Positions 7,356 through 14,991 of a stretch of 15,220 nt of DNA are shown here, one piece after another. The notes below the pieces were generated by a model. The model was not told where the DNA came from. It made no database searches and worked only from the letters and a program-made list of their open reading frames with translations. Each line of letters starts with the position of its first letter. Position 1 is the stretch's first letter. Source of the stretch: Promethearchaeia archaeon (GTDB taxonomy: Archaea > Asgardarchaeota > Lokiarchaeia > Sigyniarchaeales > SOKP01); assembly GCA_046497275.1 (NCBI GenBank), contig JAWOFX010000017.1, positions 1-15,220 of the forward strand, given 5' to 3'. A program made the position numbers and the translations under genes.

Positions 7356-8477
7356 ATGAAGCCAAAAATATTTTTAACTTCGAATGTATTTTCAGCAAAG
7401 GAGATTGGAGAAAATCAAAAAATCTCAGAAAATATTAGACAAAAAATAAAGACACTTTGGAACGAATTAGAGTCTAAATCTGAAATAAAAGTTTTTGATG
7501 GGCGTTTTCCCACTAAAACTCAAATAAAAAACAATATAGAACAATTTGAACCGCACTTAATAGGATGTCATTTAAGTCATCCTATTTCAAGGGAAATGTT
7601 AGAAAATTCAAATGTTTTTGCAGTTTCAACCTCAACTGCAGGTTTTAATCATATTCAGAGACCAGAGGAAGATGATATTATTATCACACATACTCCAGGA
7701 GTTTTATTTGAGACGGTGGCTGATTATACAATATCGCTGATAATGGCAAACTTACGAAATCTAGTTGATCTTCATCATTATGTATGGGAAGGAAATTGGT
7801 CCCCAGATGAAAAATGGGACATGGACCAAAAACTTTCTTCCGTTATAGATAATAAAATTATCGGTATCATCGGGTTGGGAGAGATAGGAATAGAATTGAT
7901 GAAACGATTGTATTCTTGGGGACTTAAGATTATTTATTATGATGTTAAATCAAAAGCAGATATAGAAAAATTGTATCCAGGTCTTGAGTACAAAGAAAAT
8001 ATTAAGGATGTTTTTAAAGAGGCAGATGTAGTTTCCTTGCATGTCCCGCTTAATGCTAATACGAAACACATGATAGATAAGAATTTATTAAAATTGATGA
8101 AAAGAAATGCTCTTTTAGTGAATACAGCACGTGGACCTGTGATACATTTTGAAGAATTATTAGATTTGCTTGAGAAAAAAGAGATCGATATAAATATTGC
8201 TTTTGATGTTTATCCAGAAGAACCTATTGATCCTGGCATATTAAAACGATTTAAAAAAATAAAACTCGATAATCCGGATATGAGAATGATATTAATGCCC
8301 CATAACGCTTCTGCTGATGCCGATACGAGAGGAAAAATGAATATTATGTTTTTAAATGATATAATTCACATTATTGATTCCAAGAGTATTGAGGATTTAG
8401 AGAAAATAAATCTGATTCCCCCACATAGAAAAAATTTATATGAAACTAAGTGGCGAATTCTAAACTATTGGAATTAA
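7356..8477 (+). CDS. D-isomer-specific 2-hydroxyacid dehydrogenase (glyoxylate/hydroxypyruvate reductase-like)
   Basis: Motifs: TAGFNHI, HTPGVLFETVAD, GIIGLGEIG Rossmann loop, DVVSLHVPL, NTARG (Arg), DVYPEEP (Glu) and PHNASA (His), so the catalytic triad is intact. I prefer ATG 7356 (MKPKIFLT, 373 aa) to the track's TTG 7329, whose extra residues (MKIIIFYRN) read like AT-rich intergenic DNA. Confidence 0.9.
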   Translation: MKPKIFLTSNVFSAKEIGENQKISENIRQKIKTLWNELESKSEIKVFDGRFPTKTQIKNNIEQFEPHLIGCHLSHPISREMLENSNVFAVSTSTAGFNHIQRPEEDDIIITHTPGVLFETVADYTISLIMANLRNLVDLHHYVWEGNWSPDEKWDMDQKLSSVIDNKIIGIIGLGEIGIELMKRLYSWGLKIIYYDVKSKADIEKLYPGLEYKENIKDVFKEADVVSLHVPLNANTKHMIDKNLLKLMKRNALLVNTARGPVIHFEELLDLLEKKEIDINIAFDVYPEEPIDPGILKRFKKIKLDNPDMRMILMPHNASADADTRGKMNIMFLNDIIHIIDSKSIEDLEKINLIPPHRKNLYETKWRILNYWN

Positions 8478-8582
8478 ATAATTTTACCAAAATTATGTAT
8501 AATGAAATTGTGATAAATTTAAAGCCTTAGTTAAATAAAATATTACGCAATTTTTTAAAATTAAATAATAATTCTTGATATT

Positions 8583-9149
8583 ATGATTCGATCTTTTATA
8601 TCATTTGACTTGGAAAATGAAGAGAGTATTAAGAATATTGAGGGATTTTTGTCCAGATTAAAGAAAAACCAACCCGGATTAAAACCAATTGAATCAGAAA
8701 ATATCCATCTTACCGTAAAATTTCTTGGAAATATTGAAGAATCAATTGCTCCAAAGATTTATAATATTCTCAACGGGGAAATTAATGAAAAAATTCTTGG
8801 TGGTGAAAGTTATACTTATGAACTTAAAAATGTAGGAAATTTTAGAAATTACCAGATAATTTGGGCTGGCTTATATGGAGATCTTGATTTATTACAAAAT
8901 ATAAAAGATACTGTTGAAGATAAACTTAATGAACAGTTGAAAATAAAAAAGGATAAAAGAAGATCATTTAAACCACATATAACAATCGGGAGATTGAAAA
9001 AAATAGATTATTCTAAATTTGATAGCTTTAAAAATTTAATGAAGGAGAATAGAAATAGGGAATTTGGCAAATTTGTAATCGATAAAATTAAATTAAAAAA
9101 GTCTATTTTAACTCCTAAAGGTCCTATTTATTCTGAATTAACCTATTAA
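8583..9149 (+). CDS. thpR: RNA 2',3'-cyclic phosphodiesterase (2H phosphoesterase, LigT/ThpR family)
   Basis: 188 aa. N-terminal RSFISFD and two HxT motifs (NIHLTVKFLG and FKPHITIGR). The C-terminal KSILTPKGPIY is typical of the family. Confidence 0.93.
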   Translation: MIRSFISFDLENEESIKNIEGFLSRLKKNQPGLKPIESENIHLTVKFLGNIEESIAPKIYNILNGEINEKILGGESYTYELKNVGNFRNYQIIWAGLYGDLDLLQNIKDTVEDKLNEQLKIKKDKRRSFKPHITIGRLKKIDYSKFDSFKNLMKENRNREFGKFVIDKIKLKKSILTPKGPIYSELTY

Positions 9150-9170
9150 CAATAATATGGAAGCTAATAT

Positions 9171-9851
9171 ATGCAAGCAATTATCTGGGATTTAGATGGA
9201 ACTCTTATACATTTCAAAATTGATTTCATCAAAGCTCGACGGACCGCCATGAAAATTTTAAAAAAAAATGGTGTTCCAAAATCGGCGATTTCAATCAAAA
9301 AGAGTATTTTGGATAACGTAAAAGATTCAATTGAGATTCTAAAAAAAAGGGATATTGATCCAGCAAAGATTAATTCCATTATTAAAGAAATTGATGAAGA
9401 GGTATCTAAAATTGAGCATGAAGCCGCGTTAAATGCCACAAGAATTGATGGAATAGAAAAAATTCTTCAATTTGCAAGAGACCAGAATTTAAAACAAGCA
9501 ATTTATACCTTCAATACTAAAAGAAATGCTATAACATCTTTAGAAACCGTAAATTTATTGAAATATTTTAGAATCATTGCTGGGAGAGATAGTGTTGAAA
9601 ATCCTAAACCTCATAAAGACCATCTTTTATTTATATGTAACAAATTAGATGTCAATCCTGAGCAAGTAATAGTAATTGGAGATACGTATCGTGATATAGA
9701 AGGAGCCCTAAAAGTTGGGGCAAAAGCAATCGCTATAAAAACTAAGACCTCTGGATTTGAAAATCAAGAGATCTTCGAACAAGCAGATATAATAATTCCT
9801 CAAGAAAAGATTGCTGAACAATTAATTGATGTTATTAATCGATTACTTTAA
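9171..9851 (+). CDS. HAD-superfamily phosphatase (subfamily IA, phosphoglycolate phosphatase-like)
   Basis: 226 aa. Motif I WDLDGTL, motif II YTFN, motif III NPKP and motif IV IGDTYRD. Starts 21 nt after the thpR stop codon. Confidence 0.93.
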   Translation: MQAIIWDLDGTLIHFKIDFIKARRTAMKILKKNGVPKSAISIKKSILDNVKDSIEILKKRDIDPAKINSIIKEIDEEVSKIEHEAALNATRIDGIEKILQFARDQNLKQAIYTFNTKRNAITSLETVNLLKYFRIIAGRDSVENPKPHKDHLLFICNKLDVNPEQVIVIGDTYRDIEGALKVGAKAIAIKTKTSGFENQEIFEQADIIIPQEKIAEQLIDVINRLL

Positions 9852-9927
9852 AGTATGATAAAAAGAAATTTTAAAAAATAAAAATTTAGGTATTAATAAC
9901 CCAAAATTATGCTTGGTTGGATTTTTT

Positions 9928-10203
9928 CTAATGATCATCCGTACCATCAGGAAATTCTTTCTGATAAAAAACCTCATCAACACTATGAAGAGCACAATTA
10001 AGTTCTTCTAATTTTTGGGTAATAGTTTCAAGATCAAGGTTATATCCTCCTACCTTTATATGTAATGATGCAGTCCTCTGATCCAACTCATCAACATTGA
10101 TTCTGACCACATCAACCCCTTCCATTTCCATAAGTGTTTGGGCAATTAGATCGCTACTAGGATTATGAGGTTTTAATACATCAAGGTAGAATTCATTGCG
10201 CAT
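9928..10203 (-). CDS. DUF211-family small protein
   Basis: 91 aa with the pattern LDVLKPH...GVDVV.I.VDELD...LHSVDEV, which I recognise as the mainly archaeal DUF211 family. Has an SD-like GAGG 6 nt before the ATG. Confidence 0.85.
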   Translation of the reverse strand: MRNEFYLDVLKPHNPSSDLIAQTLMEMEGVDVVRINVDELDQRTASLHIKVGGYNLDLETITQKLEELNCALHSVDEVFYQKEFPDGTDDH

Positions 10204-10209
10204 TTTTTT

Positions 10210-10213
10210 CCTC
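10210..10213 (-). promoter_or_regulatory. Shine-Dalgarno-like site for the DUF211 gene
   Basis: The minus strand reads AAAGAGG-AAAAAA-ATG. Confidence 0.45.
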
Positions 10214-10452
10214 TTTAATTTTATTTTTATAGCACTAATAATATTATATCATTAATATTATTGTTATCTTTTCTAAAGATTTATTTTTTTAAATTTTATT
10301 TGTTTATTTGTATAATCTCCTTCCTAAGTTATTTTAACCAACCCATCATAAATAAAATTTTGTCTTTTTTTAATATACAGCTAAAATTTAAAATTTTAAA
10401 TCAAGAACGATTAATATTTAATAATCTGAAATAATATTCTTTTATTAAGTAG

Positions 10453-10458
10453 TATAAA
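10453..10458 (+). promoter_or_regulatory. Putative TATA box for the 117-aa gene
   Basis: TATAAA lies 29-24 nt upstream of ATG 10482. Confidence 0.4.
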
Positions 10459-10481
10459 TTATAGTTTTCGGAATTTAGACA

Positions 10482-10835
10482 ATGGAGAGTCCGCAAGTAA
10501 AGAACGTCATTGAAAAAGAAGGAGAGATATCAGATGAATTGGATTATGCACTTATGAATTATCTTCTTAGAAATAGGGGAAGTGGTTATACTCCTTGTCA
10601 ACCCCAATTAGTAGAACTAGAAACCGGAAAAGAGGCGATTAAGATGAGTATTGATAATACTTTCATCGGGAAGAATAATGAATTAATGGGATTGGGCATA
10701 GTGGGGAAAATATTTATCGATCCAGATTCATTCGATATAATATATGCCACACCAAAAGAGGAGTTAGAAAAAAATATTCAAAAATTAGAAAAATCAGGAG
10801 TTAAGCCACAAAAGCGACCTAAGGGTAAATATTAA
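10482..10835 (+). CDS. Hypothetical protein (117 aa), no recognisable family
   Basis: Clean ATG..TAA ORF with protein-like composition, more GC-rich than its flanks, an upstream TATA-like box and no competing long ORF. Confidence 0.8.
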   Translation: MESPQVKNVIEKEGEISDELDYALMNYLLRNRGSGYTPCQPQLVELETGKEAIKMSIDNTFIGKNNELMGLGIVGKIFIDPDSFDIIYATPKEELEKNIQKLEKSGVKPQKRPKGKY

Positions 10836-10928
10836 ACTAATTTATCATCTAAATTTTGAGAATGAGATTTTTTGTTATTTGAATAAAAAATTTAATTTAA
10901 CATTCTTATTTTATAATAATGACGGAAT

Positions 10929-11471
10929 ATGACAAACGAAGCCCAAAATCTTGAAACTCTAATTAGAGAATATTTGTTAGACGAGGGATTACTTCGAAAA
11001 CGTATTGAAGATGAACATCTTGAATTTGGTTTTCAATTTGTATTTCCTCCCGTTAAAGAAGGATCGGGACAGAAAGTCCAAAATCTGGTGGTATATCAAC
11101 CAAAGAAAAAAGATTTAATTATAATATCTATAGGCACTCAAATCTCTAAGCCCCATATTGAAGCTCTTGAAGAAGGGAAAGAGCGCAAAATACGGTTTTT
11201 TGTTGAGCTTAAGAAATTATTGCTCTTCAAAGACCTTTATTTTAGATTTGATATAAATAATTATAAATACGAAATATCCGATCAAATATTTTTTTCTAAA
11301 GAAAAACTTATATCTAAAAATGAATTTTTCGATTCTGTGAGAAAAGTTTTTAATATTCAAGCATACAGTAATTTATTGCTTTTAGAGTTCTGCTCTGGAA
11401 AAATAAACCAAGAAGATTTTGAGAAAACAGAAAAATTCGAACCGGGTCCAGGATTTTCACTATATACCTAA
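10929..11471 (+). CDS. DUF2299-like archaeal protein
   Basis: 180 aa. The N-terminus (IREYLLDEGLL...EFGFQF.FPP) and the overall pattern resemble DUF2299 as I recall it; not confirmed by a search. Confidence 0.6.
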   Translation: MTNEAQNLETLIREYLLDEGLLRKRIEDEHLEFGFQFVFPPVKEGSGQKVQNLVVYQPKKKDLIIISIGTQISKPHIEALEEGKERKIRFFVELKKLLLFKDLYFRFDINNYKYEISDQIFFSKEKLISKNEFFDSVRKVFNIQAYSNLLLLEFCSGKINQEDFEKTEKFEPGPGFSLYT

Positions 11472-11483
11472 TAACTTGATTTG

Positions 11484-12011
11484 GTGATTTTAATTTTTAA
11501 AAATTGGCTTCAAGCATTAGATAAATTAGATTATGTTCAAGGAAAAGAACGTCCTGAGGTTGACTGCATATTATGTGCCGTTCGTGATGATGATGAGAGG
11601 GTAAAAATTCTAAAAGTGTATCAAGATGAGATTCTTTTTGTATGTTTAAATCTTTACCCTTATAATCCCGGGCATTTACTCGTTATTCCTATTAAACATA
11701 TAAAAGAGTATAGCGATTTATCTAAACAAGAGATCCTACATATCTCAAGAACAATTCAAGGATTACAAATGCTTTTAGATAATCTTTATCATCCGCATGG
11801 TTACAATGTTGGATTTAATCAAGGGAGAGATGCCGGGGCTTCAATTGAACATCTTCATTTTCATATAGTTCCCCGATATGGTGCCGAACTAGGGTACATC
11901 GATATCGTGGGAAAAACTCGGGTTGTCGTAGAGGGTCTCGATTCAGTGAAAGAAAAAATTGATAAGAACATTGATAAATATCTAAATACTGAATTTTTTG
12001 AGAGTTTTTAA
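11484..12011 (+). CDS. HIT-family nucleotide hydrolase/phosphorylase, Ap4A phosphorylase (Rv2613c)/Fhit-like subgroup
   Basis: Motifs: CILC, LNLYPYNPGHLLVIP, GYNVGFNQG..AGAS and the HIT triad HLHFHIVPR (codons at 11850, 11856, 11862). There is no in-frame ATG, so the start is GTG 11484 or TTG 11481. An in-frame TAA at 11472 rules out a longer N-terminus. Confidence 0.9.
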   Translation: MILIFKNWLQALDKLDYVQGKERPEVDCILCAVRDDDERVKILKVYQDEILFVCLNLYPYNPGHLLVIPIKHIKEYSDLSKQEILHISRTIQGLQMLLDNLYHPHGYNVGFNQGRDAGASIEHLHFHIVPRYGAELGYIDIVGKTRVVVEGLDSVKEKIDKNIDKYLNTEFFESF

Positions 12012-12023
12012 AAAATTTACTGA

Positions 12024-12171
12024 TTTCATATAATTATATTGGGAAGTAGAGATTTTGGAAAGATAGTGCATTCCGAATACGATTCAGTTGAAAATGTAGA
12101 TAAACGAGTTTTGAAAAAAATTATGTGAATTCTTGGTTGAACTATTAGAAGACACTCAGCGTAAGATATAA
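12024..12171 (+). pseudogene. Frameshifted remnant resembling the C-terminus of an M28-family metallopeptidase
   Basis: 12024-12119 reads FHIIILGSRDFGKIVHSEYDSVENVDKRVLKK. Skipping one A of the A7 run (12114-12120) continues LCEFLVELLEDTQRKI* (TAA 12169-12171). The H-S-x-x-D-S-x-E-N-V-D followed by an amphipathic helix resembles the M28 terminal H-T-x-x-D-T-x-x-x-(I/V)-D motif. Confidence 0.55.
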
Positions 12172-12187
12172 AATAAAAGAGAAAAAT
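12170..12187 (-). terminator. T-rich (minus strand) terminator-like tract after the P-type ATPase
   Basis: The plus strand reads AAAAATAAAAGAGAAAAA, i.e. oligo-T on the minus strand, about 45-60 nt past stop 12232. Confidence 0.35.
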
Positions 12188-12231
12188 TATTCTTATTTTT
12201 ACTTTATCGGTGACTCAATAATATATTATTT

Positions 12232-14991
12232 TTAACGATTAAGATAAAATTTTTCATATAATTCTTGGAAAATGAGAATTGGAATAGCAGTAATTAATAT
12301 TACTAACCAATCTATCGGTGGAAGAGGGTATGTTCCAATGAATAATTGCATGAACGGAATGTATATGGCAAAGAGAAGTAAAAGCAAACCCAAGAGAATT
12401 GCTCCGATTAAAATTTTATTTTCTAATGTTTTTTTTGAGAAAATAGTAACGTTTTGACTTACCGCTAAACATTGGAAAGTTTGATAAATAACTAAGGCAG
12501 CGAAAATAATGGTTCTGGCTCTTGAAAGATCTGCGGTTAGAATATCGATCGATAAATTGAATCCTATCGTCCAAAGAAATAAAAATGTGCATCCTAGGGC
12601 ATTGAGCAATCCAAAAATCATTATAAATATCACTAACTTTCTATCCAATAACTTCTCATCAGGATCCCTTGGCTTTCGTTGCATTAGGTTTTTTTCGGGT
12701 GGACTTACCCCTAATGCAAGGGCAGGAAACGTATCGGTTACTAAATTTATATATAATAATTGTATTGCTAAAATTGGAATAAATATATGTCGGAAAAATA
12801 ACAGTCCAAATAAAGTTAATACTAAAACCGTTATAACCTCGCCGGCATTGGCAGACAGTAAATAGCTAATAAATTTTTTTATGTTATCGTAAATTCTTCG
12901 TCCCTCACTTACGGCTTCAATAATATTTGCAAAATTATCATCCACCAAAATCATATCGCTTGCTTCCTTAGCTACATCAGTCCCAGTTATTCCCATGGCA
13001 ACTCCTATGTCGGCTCGCTTTAATGCGGGAGCATCATTTACACCATCTCCCGTCATCACAACAATCTCTCCATGATATTTAAAAGCGTTGATAATGTTTA
13101 ATTTATGTGATGGATTTACTCTTGCAAAAATTTCTGTTGTTTTAACTCTTTCTCGGAGTTCTTCATCTGTGATTTGCTCAAGTTGTTTTCCAGTGATAGG
13201 TTCAGTTTCATGAGATAACGATATTTCATTACCTACAGCCCTAGCTGTCTCTTTATGGTCTCCCGTAATCATAATCACACGAATTCCTGCTTCTCTTGCC
13301 TTCAAAACAGCTGGTCTCGAGGAACTTCTTGGTGGATCGATCATACCAACAAAACCCTCAAAGATAAGATCATTTTCTACCTTTTCGACATTCCTTTCTT
13401 CTAGTAAGCGTTCTGCTTCTTGTTTTTCGATGTCTCTAAAGGCAAATCCTAAAATTCTATAAGCAAAATTTGAAGAAAATCTCTCGCTAGTTATTATGAT
13501 TTTTTCTTTCATTTCTGGATCTAAGCTTTTTATTTGTCCATCTTCCACATAGCTAATACAATGTTCAAGTAAGATATCGAGAGCACCTTTCACCATAATT
13601 CGATATTTTCTGGACTCTTGTTCTTTTGCAACGACACTCATACGTTTTCGGTTGCTGTCAAAGGGAAATAAATATTCGATATCCCATTTTTGTTTAATTT
13701 TTTCAATACCTTGTGCTTTTTCTGCCAAAATTAATAATGCAACTTCCGTAGGGTCTCCAAATGTCTTGTACGGTTTTTCCTCCCCTTGGAACTCTATTGA
13801 TGCCTCATTTGCAAGCGTGGCAATTTCAATAAGAGTTTCTAGATTTTGGCCTGGTTCTGTTTCTTCGGCAGTAGATTTTTCTATTATTTTACCAACATTT
13901 GTGTATCCCGTTCCAGTTACTTCATATTGGTCCAGATCTCTCCAAATTAACTTCACTGTCATTTCGTTTTTGGTCAACGTACCTGTTTTATCTGTACAGA
14001 TTACTGTACTAGAACCGAGTACTTCTACCGCGGGAAGTTTTCGAATAAGCGCATTTTTACGGGCCATTCTTGTGACACCAATTGCCAGAGAAAGAGTCAT
14101 AACTGCCGGTAATCCTTCTGGAACAGCCGCAACTGCGAGTCCTATAGCAAAAATAAACAATTCTGTAAACTCTTCCAGCCCCACAATTATAATTTGAACA
14201 AGGAAAATACTTGCTGCTATTATTAAGATAAAAATCGTTAATTGTTTGGCTAAAAGATTTAATTTTTTTTGAATCGGTGTTTCTTCTCTTTCAATTTCGG
14301 TTAAAGAAGAAGCAATCTTTCCGATCTCAGTGTCAAGACCCGTTCTAACGACCAATCCCTTTCCAGAACCGCTGACTATGGTCGTTCCTTTATGAACCAT
14401 ATTTTCTCTTTCGGCTAAAGGAGTGTCTTCGGGTAGAATCGTATTAATTTTGCGTGTAGGTAAAGATTCTCCCGTCAATATTGCTTCACTTACACTGATC
14501 TCATAACTTTTAATTACACGGATATCAGATGGGACAACATTTCCCGCCTCTAAGAAGACAATATCTCCTGGAACTAAATATTCTGCTTTTAGTTTTACTT
14601 TCTCACCATCTCTAAGAACAATTACTTCACTTTTTGCCAATGATTGCAGCGCTTCGATTGCTTTCTCCGCAGAATATTCTTGGTAAAACCCGAGTCCCGC
14701 ATTTAAGAGTATAACAACCACTATCGCGGTAATTTCAATAATTACACCTAGGTCATTTTCTAATATTCCTATTAAGGCTGTGATCAAGCCAGCTACAATC
14801 AAGATTATTACTAGTAAGTCCCTGAATTGATTAAGAAAGAGTACAACAGGCGAAGTTCCTTTCTTGGCAGCCAATTCATTTTTCCCATATTTTTGTAAAC
14901 GTAGCTCCACTTCTGAGTTATTCAATCCCTTCTCATTTGTATCTAAAGCTTCATATAATTCTTCAATAGATTTTTGATGTGCTTTTATCAT
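12232..14991 (-). CDS. P-type ATPase, type IIA (SERCA/PMR1-like, probably Ca2+-transporting)
   Basis: 919 aa. Motifs: [13 protein letters not shown] (E292), DKTGTLT (phospho-D334), [21 protein letters not shown]5 SANAGE (N715,E718) and M6 INLVTD (N749,T752,D753). About 10 hydrophobic segments. Confidence 0.96.
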   Translation of the reverse strand: MIKAHQKSIEELYEALDTNEKGLNNSEVELRLQKYGKNELAAKKGTSPVVLFLNQFRDLLVIILIVAGLITALIGILENDLGVIIEITAIVVVILLNAGLGFYQEYSAEKAIEALQSLAKSEVIVLRDGEKVKLKAEYLVPGDIVFLEAGNVVPSDIRVIKSYEISVSEAILTGESLPTRKINTILPEDTPLAERENMVHKGTTIVSGSGKGLVVRTGLDTEIGKIASSLTEIEREETPIQKKLNLLAKQLTIFILIIAASIFLVQIIIVGLEEFTELFIFAIGLAVAAVPEGLPAVMTLSLAIGVTRMARKNALIRKLPAVEVLGSSTVICTDKTGTLTKNEMTVKLIWRDLDQYEVTGTGYTNVGKIIEKSTAEETEPGQNLETLIEIATLANEASIEFQGEEKPYKTFGDPTEVALLILAEKAQGIEKIKQKWDIEYLFPFDSNRKRMSVVAKEQESRKYRIMVKGALDILLEHCISYVEDGQIKSLDPEMKEKIIITSERFSSNFAYRILGFAFRDIEKQEAERLLEERNVEKVENDLIFEGFVGMIDPPRSSSRPAVLKAREAGIRVIMITGDHKETARAVGNEISLSHETEPITGKQLEQITDEELRERVKTTEIFARVNPSHKLNIINAFKYHGEIVVMTGDGVNDAPALKRADIGVAMGITGTDVAKEASDMILVDDNFANIIEAVSEGRRIYDNIKKFISYLLSANAGEVITVLVLTLFGLLFFRHIFIPILAIQLLYINLVTDTFPALALGVSPPEKNLMQRKPRDPDEKLLDRKLVIFIMIFGLLNALGCTFLFLWTIGFNLSIDILTADLSRARTIIFAALVIYQTFQCLAVSQNVTIFSKKTLENKILIGAILLGLLLLLFAIYIPFMQLFIGTYPLPPIDWLVILITAIPILIFQELYEKFYLNR

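Noticed and set aside
9260-9348. A9 and A8 homopolymers in the HAD gene as possible phase-variation sites
   Set aside because: The frame is intact, the runs are Lys codons, and such runs are expected in an AT-rich genome.
9164-9439. 91-aa minus-strand ORF
   Set aside because: Antisense shadow of the HAD gene.
10919-10954. Out-of-frame 11-codon upstream ORF (MTEYDKRSPKS) overlapping the start of the DUF2299-like gene
   Set aside because: Too short and with no supporting signal. It is likely a chance ATG.
12126-12128. TGA as possible selenocysteine readthrough in the relic ORF
   Set aside because: Readthrough gives only ILG before another TGA, and I saw no SECIS-like hairpin. A one-base frameshift explains the region better.
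12272-14197. Plus-strand ORFs of 61, 118 and 181 aa
   Set aside because: Antisense shadows of the P-type ATPase.
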